Shown here: piece after piece, positions 9,290 to 18,374 of the stretch
Layout: each line of letters starts with the position of its first letter
Numbering within the stretch: position 1 is the stretch's first letter
Assembly: GCA_903850425.1 (NCBI GenBank)
Contig: CAINLR010000056.1
Span: forward strand, 1,918-65,917
Origin: an uncultured Verrucomicrobia subdivision 3 bacterium
Lineage (GTDB): Bacteria > Verrucomicrobiota > Verrucomicrobiia > Limisphaerales > UBA11358
DNA: 64,000 nt
Direction of reading: 5' to 3'
Made by a program: the position numbers and the translations under genes
The notes under the pieces: generated by a model
Database searches by the model: none
Seen by the model: the letters and a program-made list of their open reading frames with translations, nothing else
Told to the model about the DNA's origin: nothing

Positions 9290-10266
9290 GCGAAACCGGT
9301 GGCGAGGCGTTGCGCTTCGAGCTTTTGATAGACGTCAGCCAGCCATTGTTGCGTCAGGGCGCGGATTTCTGGCGACACCGCTTCGCGCTTAGCCTGGCTG
9401 TCCGACTCAAAAGGCAGCACCGGATTTTTCGCATTCATCTGCGCGGCACCGTGCATCTGCGCGGTTTCGGCAACGGAAAAGTCCACGTTCCAATAGTCCA
9501 TCAACGCCGGCCAAATCGGGCCGGGCAGTTGCCGGTAGTTCACCAGTTTGCCACAGCCCGCTGACGCCTGCACCAGCGCCGCCTCGCAGAGTTTGGCGAG
9601 CACCCGCGCGGTGTATTCGTAGAGCGTCATCTGGGCGACGGTTTCCGGCTCCCAGCCGAGCATGGCCGGTTGCAACACCCCGGGAATCATCTGACCGCCC
9701 AACTGCTTTTGCGCGGACGCCATCACTTCCACCGGCTCACGATACAAAAAAATCCACGGCACCTCGGGAAACGCGCGCTGAATCAGTGGCAGGAACAGCA
9801 CATGCCAGCAGTCAAACTTGATGAACACATTTTTTTCCGCCGGCTGCCGCTGCCAGGCCAGCACGCCCACCAGCCAGCGCAGCCATTGCACGCGTTGCTC
9901 GTCGGTGATGTGCGGGTGGAGAAAGTTACCGCGCAGAATGTCGTCAATCGGCCCGGCTTCGGAGAGCACAATATTCGCCGGCGAGGCCGCGAGCATTTGC
10001 GACAGCAGCGTCGAGCCGCAGCGCGACATGTGGAAAATAAATCCCGTTGGCCGCACGCCTGGCTGCGTGCCGAGGAGGTCGCCCAAATCAGCCAGCGCAG
10101 TTTGATGGCGAAAAAGCAGGTCCGCCGGATGCCGCAGACACGGCGTGATCGTCTGCACGAAAAACGGATCGGTGAAACGGCGTCCACCCAGATACGCCCA
10201 ATCCACCATCGGTCGAGCCTCGCGCCAATAAATCCGCATCGGCGTCCAGCCGGTGAAATTGGTCAT
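9286..10266 (-). CDS. sulfotransferase family protein
   Basis: Contains a PAPS-binding loop FIFHMSRCGSTLLSQML and a second motif FLYREPVEVMAS. ATG 10266 overlaps the stop of the upstream small ORF (ATGA). The 3' end overlaps the convergent gene by 4 nt (CTAG). Confidence 0.8.
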   Translation of the reverse strand: MTNFTGWTPMRIYWREARPMVDWAYLGGRRFTDPFFVQTITPCLRHPADLLFRHQTALADLGDLLGTQPGVRPTGFIFHMSRCGSTLLSQMLAASPANIVLSEAGPIDDILRGNFLHPHITDEQRVQWLRWLVGVLAWQRQPAEKNVFIKFDCWHVLFLPLIQRAFPEVPWIFLYREPVEVMASAQKQLGGQMIPGVLQPAMLGWEPETVAQMTLYEYTARVLAKLCEAALVQASAGCGKLVNYRQLPGPIWPALMDYWNVDFSVAETAQMHGAAQMNAKNPVLPFESDSQAKREAVSPEIRALTQQWLADVYQKLEAQRLATGFA

Positions 10267-10484
10267 AGCCACCTTTCCAGCCAGGCCTGGCGTTGTTCGC
10301 TGATGGCCGCCTGCACCACCGGGGCGGAGAAAACGCAACCGCGCTCCGCACCCAGGCGAACCGCGAGCGCAACGAAGTCTGGCGGATTGGCCGTGGCCCG
10401 CAATCGGTCATGGAGTTCACGATCGGCCAGCACCAGTTCGCGGAAGCGCACCAGGTTCTGCCGCTCATCCTCGGAGGTTGACAT
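10263..10484 (-). CDS. Nif11-like small protein (73 aa)
   Basis: From ATG 10484: MSTSEDERQNLVRFRELVLADRELHDRLRATANPPDFVALAVRLGAERGCVFSAPVV... This fits the Nif11 N-terminal domain pattern (L..F...V..D..L...L ... lA...G..F). It is translationally coupled to the sulfotransferase. The call rests on the pattern only. Confidence 0.55.
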   Translation of the reverse strand: MSTSEDERQNLVRFRELVLADRELHDRLRATANPPDFVALAVRLGAERGCVFSAPVVQAAISEQRQAWLERWL

Positions 10485-10585
10485 GCGCGGCGGATTCTGA
10501 AGCGTCGCCGACCGCATTGCAAGCCCGCCCGAAGGCACGTTGCGACTTGGCAAACTCGGCTTTGACTGCTACTCAGAGTCGCGCC

Positions 10586-11086
10586 ATGAATTCAGCTTCC
10601 GACCATGAAGTGACCGGGAAAATCATTTCGTTTCTCCGCGCGATCGGCTTGGCGGTGCAAGCGGGCACCGTGGCCGGCAAAACCATTTTTCCCGGCATCA
10701 AAGTGGATCAGGGAGTCTTGTGCTACGATCCGGCACAGTTACAACATCCGGGCGACCTGCTCCACGAAGCCGGCCATCTGGCGGTCAAAACTGCGGCCGA
10801 CCGGAAGCTGGCCGGCGTGGACCTGGGCAGTGATCCGGCGGAAGAAATGATGGCCATCGGCTGGTCCTACGCAGCGGTCTTGGAGCTGCAGCTTCCACCC
10901 GAAGTGGTTTTTCATCCGGCCGGCTATCGTGGCGGATCGCAGTCGCTCCTCGATAATTTTGCGGAGGGGCGCTACCTCGCGGTGCCGATGTTGCAATGGC
11001 TCGGCCTGACCTACGACGAGAAGCAAGCTCGAGAAATCGGCGCAGCTCCATATCCCAAAATGCGGACGTGGCTGCGTCCGTCTTAA
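10586..11086 (+). CDS. HExxH-motif protein (putative zinc metallopeptidase), family unknown
   Basis: 166 aa from ATG 10586. It contains LLHEAGHLAV with acidic AEE about 24 aa downstream, a gluzincin-like spacing. There is no signal peptide. It is divergently transcribed from the Nif11-like gene. Confidence 0.6.
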   Translation: MNSASDHEVTGKIISFLRAIGLAVQAGTVAGKTIFPGIKVDQGVLCYDPAQLQHPGDLLHEAGHLAVKTAADRKLAGVDLGSDPAEEMMAIGWSYAAVLELQLPPEVVFHPAGYRGGSQSLLDNFAEGRYLAVPMLQWLGLTYDEKQAREIGAAPYPKMRTWLRPS

Positions 11087-11206
11087 ACAAAAAAATCCAA
11101 CGGCAGTCGTGTCGGTGGATTCGTCGGTTTGAGGAAGATTTTCCATGCGCGGCCAACCCGGATTGGTAGCGTCGTAATGGGACCACGCCGACCGCGAAGG
11201 AACGTT

Positions 11207-11815
11207 TTATTCCGGCAGTTTCATCATCTGGTCGCCCGTCATCGGGAGCGCACCGTTGCCCACTTCGGAACGGATCTTCTTGAGGTCCTCGGCGGTGATG
11301 GGTGCGGCTTTGTTGCCCCACGAAGTGCGGATGTAGCTCAAAACGGCGGCGAGATCTTCATCGGGCAAAGCGGCCCCCATTGCCGCCATGTTCATATTCC
11401 AATCTTGGCCCGCGACTTTGATCGGACCGCTGATACCCTGGAGCGGAATATGCGCGAGCCGATTCATGCCTTTGGTGATGACCCATTCGGAGCCGGCCAA
11501 CTTCGGAGCCTGACCGGGTTTGCCGAGTCCGTCCGGACCGTGGCAGATGCCGCAGACACTGTCGTAAACCACCTTGCCCCGCGCCCGCGCCGCCGCCTCG
11601 CCGGACTTGGGTTGGTAAGCTTCCACTTCCTCGGCGGAATTGAAGGGCGCGTAAATCTTCGGACTGAACCAGCCGCCGTGATGATCAAAATAAACGCCGC
11701 CGACAAACAACAAGATCAGCGTGACGACGATGATCCACATCGGCACGGTTGAGCGCGTCGCGGTGGGTTCGCCGGCAGAATTGGCGCAGCAATCTTTGTG
11801 GGATTCGTCACTCAT
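11207..11815 (-). CDS. membrane-anchored monoheme cytochrome c (occupies the CcoP position)
   Basis: N-terminal TM helix MWIIVVTLILLFVGGVYF and a single CGICHG heme site. ATGA overlap with the upstream CcoO-like gene. It is the last gene of the operon. Confidence 0.8.
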   Translation of the reverse strand: MSDESHKDCCANSAGEPTATRSTVPMWIIVVTLILLFVGGVYFDHHGGWFSPKIYAPFNSAEEVEAYQPKSGEAAARARGKVVYDSVCGICHGPDGLGKPGQAPKLAGSEWVITKGMNRLAHIPLQGISGPIKVAGQDWNMNMAAMGAALPDEDLAAVLSYIRTSWGNKAAPITAEDLKKIRSEVGNGALPMTGDQMMKLPE

Positions 11816-12699
11816 GGCTTGGCGGAAATAACCGGCGTGAACGGGGCTTCGTAAAGCGGCACGTTGGCGCGCAGGCTCAAAAGATAGGCGACCAGTTGTT
11901 TGGCTTCGGCCTTCGGAACAACTTCATAACCGGCGGCGGGAGCAAATTCCTTGGGCAGCGTCAGCGCTTCTGGCGAAGTAGCGCCGTCCACTTGTTTGCG
12001 GACTTCAAATAAATAGCGAAACGCCGGCATCACGGAATTTTTGGCAACGGCGCCGGGCGCATAAAGATGCTGCAATTGCACGTTCGCATCGGCCATGCGC
12101 ACTCCGATGTTGGCCAGATCGGGACCTGCGCGCAGGCTGCCAAGTTGCACCGGATTGTCGTAGAGAAAATCGGCGGCGACGCTGCGGCGATTGCCCCAAC
12201 CGCGCGAAAGATCGGAGCCGAAAGCATAAATGCGAGTTTCGGATTTGCAGCCGGCGGCTTTCAGCAGGTCGGCCATTTTATCGGCGGACTCTTTGTCGGT
12301 TTTGGCGAGGACAACCTGCGGCAAGATGCCAGTCCAATCTTTGAAGGCTGCGGACAATTCCTTGGTGTGATCTAGCCATTCCGGCAGCGTGAGCAACGAC
12401 TGCGCAAAGGGTTTAAAATCCTCAGGCTTATTTTTACCGAGCGACGTCAGCGAGACTTCGCAAGACACGCCCTCCTGTCGCACTTGTTCCGTGTGACAAG
12501 CCGCGCAGCCGTTGGCGCGATAAATCTGCAAACCCAGCGTGGCGTCGCCATTGCGCTGAACCGGATAGGTGTCGGTGGAGTTGAGCACGGTCGCAAGCTT
12601 GGCGCTGCCCAGCTGCAACGACGGTGCCAGCACCAGACCGCACCAAGAACTGCCGAGCGCGAAGGCAGCCGCGATAAAAACGCCGATTCCAGTTTTCAT
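11812..12699 (-). CDS. cbb3-type oxidase subunit II (CcoO/FixO)-like monoheme cytochrome c with ~80-aa insertion
   Basis: From ATG 12699 there is a TM anchor, then GLQIYRANGCAACHTEQVR, RRSVAADFLYDNPVQLGSLRAGPDLANIG and HLYAPGAVAKNSVMPAF, all colinear with CcoO. The CH-to-GPDL spacing is ~117 aa versus ~35 aa in canonical CcoO. Confidence 0.8.
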   Translation of the reverse strand: MKTGIGVFIAAAFALGSSWCGLVLAPSLQLGSAKLATVLNSTDTYPVQRNGDATLGLQIYRANGCAACHTEQVRQEGVSCEVSLTSLGKNKPEDFKPFAQSLLTLPEWLDHTKELSAAFKDWTGILPQVVLAKTDKESADKMADLLKAAGCKSETRIYAFGSDLSRGWGNRRSVAADFLYDNPVQLGSLRAGPDLANIGVRMADANVQLQHLYAPGAVAKNSVMPAFRYLFEVRKQVDGATSPEALTLPKEFAPAAGYEVVPKAEAKQLVAYLLSLRANVPLYEAPFTPVISAKP

Positions 12700-14132
12700 G
12701 CTTTCACCTCCGAGACGGGCAGCGGCGCTTTGATGGCCGCGAGCGCCGTTTTGAGCAGCGCAATTTTCCACTGGATCGTCATGACGAAAATATTCAATGC
12801 AAACAGCAGCGCGCCGAGCAGCAGAATGAGTTGTCCGGTGGTGCTGATGCGGAAGAACAACACGGCCGCGGCGTTCACATCCGCGAAGGCGAGGTTCGCG
12901 TCATGCAGTTTGATCCCTTGCTCCACGCCGGCAATGGCCAGCGGAATCACGAACAGAGCTACGCCAGCGAGTGCGAGAAAGAAATGGAGCTTGGCAAATT
13001 TCGGAAACGGCAGCGGTGCATTCATCACGCGCGGCAATAATTCATAAATCGCGCCGAACATGATCATCGCGAAGAAGCCGAGCAGTTGCAGTTGCACTTG
13101 CGCCGGACTGAACCAGGTGAATTCCAGCACCCGACTATATTTGGGACAAGCCAGGGAGACATACATCAGGCCGGAGATGATAAAGAAAATCATGCCGATC
13201 TTGGTGAAGCAGAACGGTCCGCCTGAGTATGCGACCTTCGCGCCGCGAACCGTTTGGATGACAATGATGGCGATGGCCACCAGCGGCACGAGCAGGAGTC
13301 CTCCGGCAAGCCCGCTTAACGTCGGCAGCCACGCGGGCACCGGCGCACCGGCCGGAATGCCGCACCAGGCACCGAAGAAAACCAACGTGAGAAAGGAAAA
13401 GAGAGCGTAGCCGGTCGTCGCCAGCGGACGAGTGGAAATTTTTGGCAGGAGATAGAAGGCCGTGCCAACGCCGACGAGCGCGAGCCAGACGAAAATGAGA
13501 TTATTCGTAAACCACCAGCCGATGATGGGCTGCACGACGCCGCGCACCGGCGAGTTCGTCGCGAGCAGCAGATTGGCCGTCGAATAAATCCAAGGAAACC
13601 ACAGCAGCGCCGCAAACAAAAACCAATGGGCCGGTTGCAGCTCGCGATCGCGCCGTGCACCGAACGTGGCCGCCGCCGTCACGGCGATCAAGAGAAAGGC
13701 AGCAAACAATAAGACGGAAGCGGCGCGCGAAAATTCCAACCAAGTGTGTCCGCTAGTTTCACCGATCAAAATTCCCGCGAGACCGAGGAACACGCCGAGA
13801 TGCCAAAGGTTAGCAGCCACGACGGGAACGATGGGCAAGGCCAGTGGCGTCTGGCCGAGGCGCGCAAAAATCCAGAGGATCACGCCGAGTCCGGCGGGCA
13901 TGCAAAAACCGTAGAGCAAGGCGTCGTTCGCCGCGGGAGCGACGCGGCCGTAGGTCAGCAGCGAGCAACTGGCGAACATGTCGGGCTTGTGAAAAGTCAA
14001 CGAAGCCACGATGCCCAGCGCCAGGCCCACGACCAACCACACCGCTGCGCCGCCCAGCAGCGCGAGCACTGAGACCCGCAACGAGGCATTGATCTCGGCT
14101 TCGGTCGAAAGTTTATTGTCGTTCAAGTTCAT
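12696..14132 (-). CDS. cbb3-type oxidase subunit I (CcoN)-like polytopic membrane protein lacking metal ligands
   Basis: 478 aa, about 12 TM helices, colinear with CcoN (GWWFTNNLIFVWL, LLPKISTRPL, WLPTLSG, LLGFFAMIMFGAIYELLPR). Every canonical His ligand position is substituted. ATGA overlaps at both ends. Confidence 0.8.
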   Translation of the reverse strand: MNLNDNKLSTEAEINASLRVSVLALLGGAAVWLVVGLALGIVASLTFHKPDMFASCSLLTYGRVAPAANDALLYGFCMPAGLGVILWIFARLGQTPLALPIVPVVAANLWHLGVFLGLAGILIGETSGHTWLEFSRAASVLLFAAFLLIAVTAAATFGARRDRELQPAHWFLFAALLWFPWIYSTANLLLATNSPVRGVVQPIIGWWFTNNLIFVWLALVGVGTAFYLLPKISTRPLATTGYALFSFLTLVFFGAWCGIPAGAPVPAWLPTLSGLAGGLLLVPLVAIAIIVIQTVRGAKVAYSGGPFCFTKIGMIFFIISGLMYVSLACPKYSRVLEFTWFSPAQVQLQLLGFFAMIMFGAIYELLPRVMNAPLPFPKFAKLHFFLALAGVALFVIPLAIAGVEQGIKLHDANLAFADVNAAAVLFFRISTTGQLILLLGALLFALNIFVMTIQWKIALLKTALAAIKAPLPVSEVKA

Positions 14133-14497
14133 TCAAATGCACTCGGTTTTTCAGGTGCTTTGGGAGCCGGCGCGGCGGCTTTTTCGGCGCGGGCATTCAA
14201 ATCCGCGCGAGCGGCAGCGGGATTCTGCCACGCTTGAGCCGTCAGTTGCTCGGCGGTTTCGATCGGTAGCCGGACCAGTCCCTTGGCTTGGTCCACCCAT
14301 CCCAGATGGTTCAAGGAAGCGCTTTCCACCGTGCGAATTTCCGCGAGGGCTTTGGCGCGGACCGCGTCGCGATCGGCATCCAAGGCGGGCACACGGACCT
14401 GCTCTTTGACGATCACAGCCAGCACGGCAAACAGCACACTGACGATGATCACGCCAATGGCGGCGGCGGTGGAGCGGTTGATGGTTTGCAGATTCAT
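14129..14497 (-). CDS. small single-pass membrane protein (between actF and the CcoN-like gene)
   Basis: 122 aa from ATG 14497: MNLQTINRSTAAAIGVIIVSVLFAVLAVIV plus a soluble Ala/Lys-rich tail. ATGA overlaps with both neighbours. The ORF-track start 14752 would overlap actF extensively. Confidence 0.6.
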   Translation of the reverse strand: MNLQTINRSTAAAIGVIIVSVLFAVLAVIVKEQVRVPALDADRDAVRAKALAEIRTVESASLNHLGWVDQAKGLVRLPIETAEQLTAQAWQNPAAARADLNARAEKAAAPAPKAPEKPSAFE

Positions 14498-15750
14498 CCG
14501 TTGGCCTCCGCCGGGTTGGAGCCAGCGAGATCGTTGGCGGTATTCATGTTCACGCCCATGGCTTCGAGCAGGCGCGGATCCTTCTGCGGATACGGCGCGT
14601 GTTTGGCAAAATTCTTCGAAAGCGCCCGGGCGAGGAATCCGCCCATGAACAGAAAGCAGCCGAGTTCCAGGCCGATCCAGCGCAGCGGATAACCATCTTG
14701 GTGGTGGCCAGGCAGAATGTTGAACGCGAGATCGAGCGCGTGCATCGCCCACGCCCAGAGGCAGACAGGGATGACGATTTTAGCCCGACTTTTCACCGAG
14801 ACCGGCAGCAGGATGAAGAACGGAATCATGAAATGACCGAAGATCAAAACCATGCTCACGCACCACCACGAACCGTTTTCGCGGATGAGATACCAGAAGG
14901 TCTCGGTCGGCATGTTAGCGTTCCAGACGACAAAGTATTGGGCGAATTCCGTGTAGGCCTGAAAGAGCGTGAACGCGAAGAACAGCACGCCGATAAAATA
15001 ATAACTGCTGTCCTGAAACACGCCAGAGAGCACGCCCTGACGTTTGAGTCGGACGGTGAGAATATAGACCGTGGCCAGCGCCACCCAGACGCTGCTCGCA
15101 AAGAAATAAACGCCATACATCGCGGAATACCATTCGTGCTGGAGCGATTTCATCCACAGGACGCCGGAGAAAGTCAGGCTCACCGCGAAAGCAACGATAC
15201 CCCAACCGGAGTGGAAGCGCATTTTGTGCGTGCATTCCGCCGCGCCGGTTTGGTCCTGCTGGAGCGACCAGCGTTTCAACTGCGACGTGAGCAGCCACCA
15301 GATGCCGAAGAGAACCGCCGATGCGATCCAGAAACCGGGTTTGGTGAACACGGGCAGCTTGGCCGCCACGGTGTTGTCGGTTGTCGGATCAATCGTCATC
15401 CAACCGTAAATCTTCGGCGCGAGCAGTGCGATTGGCAGGAATAAAATCGCGAGATGCGGAAACAACAGCGCAGCGATGTGTTCGTTGAAACGGCGAATGC
15501 CGACCGACCACCCGGCGTCGGTCAGGTGATGAATCAGAACCAGAAACAGGCAGCCGAGCGCGATGCTCAGGAAGAACATGAACGCGAGCAGCCAGGAAAT
15601 TCCAAAATCCACGCCGTGGTCCTGGCTGAAACTTTTCAGCCCGCCGATGGCACACAGAATCGCGCCGATCACCATCATCACGGTCGGCAAAGCACTGAAG
15701 CCGAGGCCGACTTTCGGCGGGTTCGCAGGGTTGTTAGGAAGCGGATTCAT
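14494..15750 (-). CDS. actF: alternative complex III subunit ActF (polytopic quinol-site-like membrane subunit)
   Basis: 418-aa polytopic membrane protein immediately after actE. Position and architecture match ActF. Confidence 0.8.
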   Translation of the reverse strand: MNPLPNNPANPPKVGLGFSALPTVMMVIGAILCAIGGLKSFSQDHGVDFGISWLLAFMFFLSIALGCLFLVLIHHLTDAGWSVGIRRFNEHIAALLFPHLAILFLPIALLAPKIYGWMTIDPTTDNTVAAKLPVFTKPGFWIASAVLFGIWWLLTSQLKRWSLQQDQTGAAECTHKMRFHSGWGIVAFAVSLTFSGVLWMKSLQHEWYSAMYGVYFFASSVWVALATVYILTVRLKRQGVLSGVFQDSSYYFIGVLFFAFTLFQAYTEFAQYFVVWNANMPTETFWYLIRENGSWWCVSMVLIFGHFMIPFFILLPVSVKSRAKIVIPVCLWAWAMHALDLAFNILPGHHQDGYPLRWIGLELGCFLFMGGFLARALSKNFAKHAPYPQKDPRLLEAMGVNMNTANDLAGSNPAEANG

Positions 15751-15751
15751 A

Positions 15752-16405
15752 TTATTTCAGCGCCGCTTTTTGTTCCGCCGGCAAATCGTTGGTCGAACCG
15801 AGCCAGCTCAACTGCAAGGCACGGAGATAGGCAATGGTCGCCCAGCGGTCCGCCGTCGGCATCAACGGACCGACCGCGCCCATCAAGCCTTTGCCGTGCG
15901 TCACGGTGCTGAAAATTTCGCCATCGGTCATCACCACGATCCGTTTGTCATGCAGATTGGCCACTGCCGGCATCACTCCGATTTTTTTGGTAATGCCATT
16001 GCCGTCACCCAGCTTTCCGTGACAGGGTGCGCAATAAATATCGAAGCGTTCATGTCCGCGCTGAATCATCTCAGCCGCGACCGGCAGCGGATTCAATTCG
16101 ACAAAATTCGTCGTGCCAGTGACGAGGCCGGTGTTGACCGGTGAATCTTCAAAGCCATAAACCGCGCCGGTCGTGGTCTGAATCGGTTCGCCGCGTGCCA
16201 CCGTGCCGGCGGGCGGCAACTGCGAACTGACGCCATTCGCGTAAAAATGATTCGGCTCCATCGGCCGCAACTTCGCCTGACGATCCATGTCCGGAAATAA
16301 TTCCAACGGCGGTTTGCGCGACAGCTTGCCTTGGAAACCCAGAATGCCAAACGCCGCAGCGCCGATCGCGGCACCGATCAAAAGGATGGAAATGATGAGT
16401 CGCAT
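15752..16405 (-). CDS. actE: alternative complex III monoheme cytochrome c subunit ActE
   Basis: N-terminal anchor, single heme site YCAPCHG, and C-terminal WATIAYLRALQ typical of ActE. Confidence 0.85.
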   Translation of the reverse strand: MRLIISILLIGAAIGAAAFGILGFQGKLSRKPPLELFPDMDRQAKLRPMEPNHFYANGVSSQLPPAGTVARGEPIQTTTGAVYGFEDSPVNTGLVTGTTNFVELNPLPVAAEMIQRGHERFDIYCAPCHGKLGDGNGITKKIGVMPAVANLHDKRIVVMTDGEIFSTVTHGKGLMGAVGPLMPTADRWATIAYLRALQLSWLGSTNDLPAEQKAALK

Positions 16406-16944
16406 CAGGCTTCCTCCTCCACGATTTCGATGTGCTTGCCGCCGATGGCTTCGAGCAACTGGCGGGTTTCCTGCTCGCAGAACTTGTCGTCCAGCGCGCC
16501 GATGAGCAGGAAAAACTTGTCGCGGGAGGCAAGGATAAAACGTGGTTTGTGCAGGAGCGGATGGTGCAGGCGCGGGAGTTGATTCAATCCCAGCATCCCG
16601 ACCAGCGCGCCCACCGCGCCACCCATGATCAGCATGATGTAAGACGGAACGAAGGTCATCGGCACGCTGAACATCGGCTTGCCACCGACGAGGAGCGGAT
16701 AATCAAAGGCGTTGCTAAACCAGAGCAGCCCGACAACGGAAGCAAACGCCCCGCCGCCCATCGCGAGCGAAACCCAGCCGACCATTGAGTTGCCAAGGTT
16801 CATGACCTTTTCCATGCCGTGAATCGGGAACGGCGTGAAGGTGTCCCAGCGCCGATAGCCGGCGTCGCGGACCTTCTCCGCCGCGTGGAGAATGGCCGCT
16901 GGAGAATCAAATTCGGCGATGATGCCATAGACTTTTTCGCTCAT
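16405..16944 (-). CDS. actD: alternative complex III subunit ActD (DUF3341-type)
   Basis: MSEKVYGIIAEFDSPAAILHAAEKVRDAGYRRWDTFTPFPIHG followed by two TM helices. Confidence 0.85.
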   Translation of the reverse strand: MSEKVYGIIAEFDSPAAILHAAEKVRDAGYRRWDTFTPFPIHGMEKVMNLGNSMVGWVSLAMGGGAFASVVGLLWFSNAFDYPLLVGGKPMFSVPMTFVPSYIMLIMGGAVGALVGMLGLNQLPRLHHPLLHKPRFILASRDKFFLLIGALDDKFCEQETRQLLEAIGGKHIEIVEEEA

Positions 16945-18374
16945 GGCTGGCCTCCCTTTTTGTTGGTGGCGCCGCCCAGCACATGGTGCGGATCGCCGTG
17001 CGGCACCGCGCCTTTGACTTCAGAAATCGCGATCATCGGCAGGAATTTCACGAACAGCAGATACAGCATGAAGAACGTGCCGAGCGTGCCGACGTAAAGT
17101 CCGATGTCCCAGATGGTCGGCATATATTTACCCCAGTTAGCCGGGAGAAATTCCTGATACAGCGAGCCGACAACGATGACGAAACGTTCCGTCCACATGC
17201 CGATGTTGATCAAAATGCCGATGACGAATAGCACCGCCAAATTCGCCCGGATTTTTTTGAACCAGAGCAGTTGCGTGACGCAGACGTTGATGCCAATCAG
17301 CATCCAGCCCAAAATCCAATAGGTGTGGCCGAAGAGGCGATGACCGAACACCCATTTTTCGTAAGGATCGCCGCTATACCAGGCAATGAAAAATTCCATC
17401 GCGTAAATGTAGGCGATGATCAGACCGCTCACCAACGTCAGCTTGGCGACTTTATCAATGTGCGACAGCGTGATCACTTCTTCCATGTGGCACCATTTGC
17501 GCAAAGGAATCAAAATCACCAGCATCATGCCGAAGCCGCAGAACACGGCACCAATAACGAAGTAGAGCGGGAAAATCGTGGCGTGCCAACCCGCAAGCTG
17601 TGAGGTGCAGAAATCCAAACCGACAATGGAACTCACGGTGAACACGAGCAGCGTGCAGAGACCGGAGAGAACGACATAGGCTTTTTCGTAATTGTGCCAG
17701 TGCCGCGCCGAACCAGTCCAACCCATCGCGAGAATGCTGAAAATAATTTTCCGCACGCGCGTCGTGGCGCGGTCGCGCAGCACGGCGAAGTCGGGGATCA
17801 TGCCCATGAACCAGAACAGCATCGAAACGGTCATGTAGGTGTTCACGGCGAACACGTCCCACATCAGCGGCGACTTGAACTGCGGCCAGAGGCCGTTCGA
17901 GTTCGGCACCGGAAACATATACCAGTCGAACCACGCGCGACCGACGTGGATGGCCGGATACGCCCCCGCCATCATCACGGAGAAAACCGTCATCGCTTCC
18001 GCCATGCGACCAATCGTGGTGCGCCAGTGTTGCCGCGTCAAAAAGAGCAGCGCGGAAATCAATGTGCCCGCGTGCGCGACGCCGACCCACCAGATGAAAT
18101 TCACGATGTCCAAGCCCCACATCACCGGATGATTGTTGCCCCAGACGCCGACGCCGGTGAACACTTGATAGAACAGGCAGAACGGGAGAACGACCGTGGC
18201 GCAGAAGGCCGCCGGCAGAAACAGAATCCACCACCACATCGGCGTTTTGCCTTCGGCGAATTCGGACAATTTGTCCGTCAGCACGCCGAGGCCGCCACTG
18301 CATTCCACCACGGGCGCTCGGCGTAATTCAGCCGGCGCGGCGTAGTTTTTCAAATTGGTCACGGGTTCAGACAT
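16941..18374 (-). CDS. actC: alternative complex III subunit ActC (NrfD/PsrC-like)
   Basis: 477-aa polytopic NrfD-family-like protein directly after actB. 1-nt and 4-nt start/stop overlaps with its neighbours. Confidence 0.9.
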   Translation of the reverse strand: MSEPVTNLKNYAAPAELRRAPVVECSGGLGVLTDKLSEFAEGKTPMWWWILFLPAAFCATVVLPFCLFYQVFTGVGVWGNNHPVMWGLDIVNFIWWVGVAHAGTLISALLFLTRQHWRTTIGRMAEAMTVFSVMMAGAYPAIHVGRAWFDWYMFPVPNSNGLWPQFKSPLMWDVFAVNTYMTVSMLFWFMGMIPDFAVLRDRATTRVRKIIFSILAMGWTGSARHWHNYEKAYVVLSGLCTLLVFTVSSIVGLDFCTSQLAGWHATIFPLYFVIGAVFCGFGMMLVILIPLRKWCHMEEVITLSHIDKVAKLTLVSGLIIAYIYAMEFFIAWYSGDPYEKWVFGHRLFGHTYWILGWMLIGINVCVTQLLWFKKIRANLAVLFVIGILINIGMWTERFVIVVGSLYQEFLPANWGKYMPTIWDIGLYVGTLGTFFMLYLLFVKFLPMIAISEVKGAVPHGDPHHVLGGATNKKGGQP

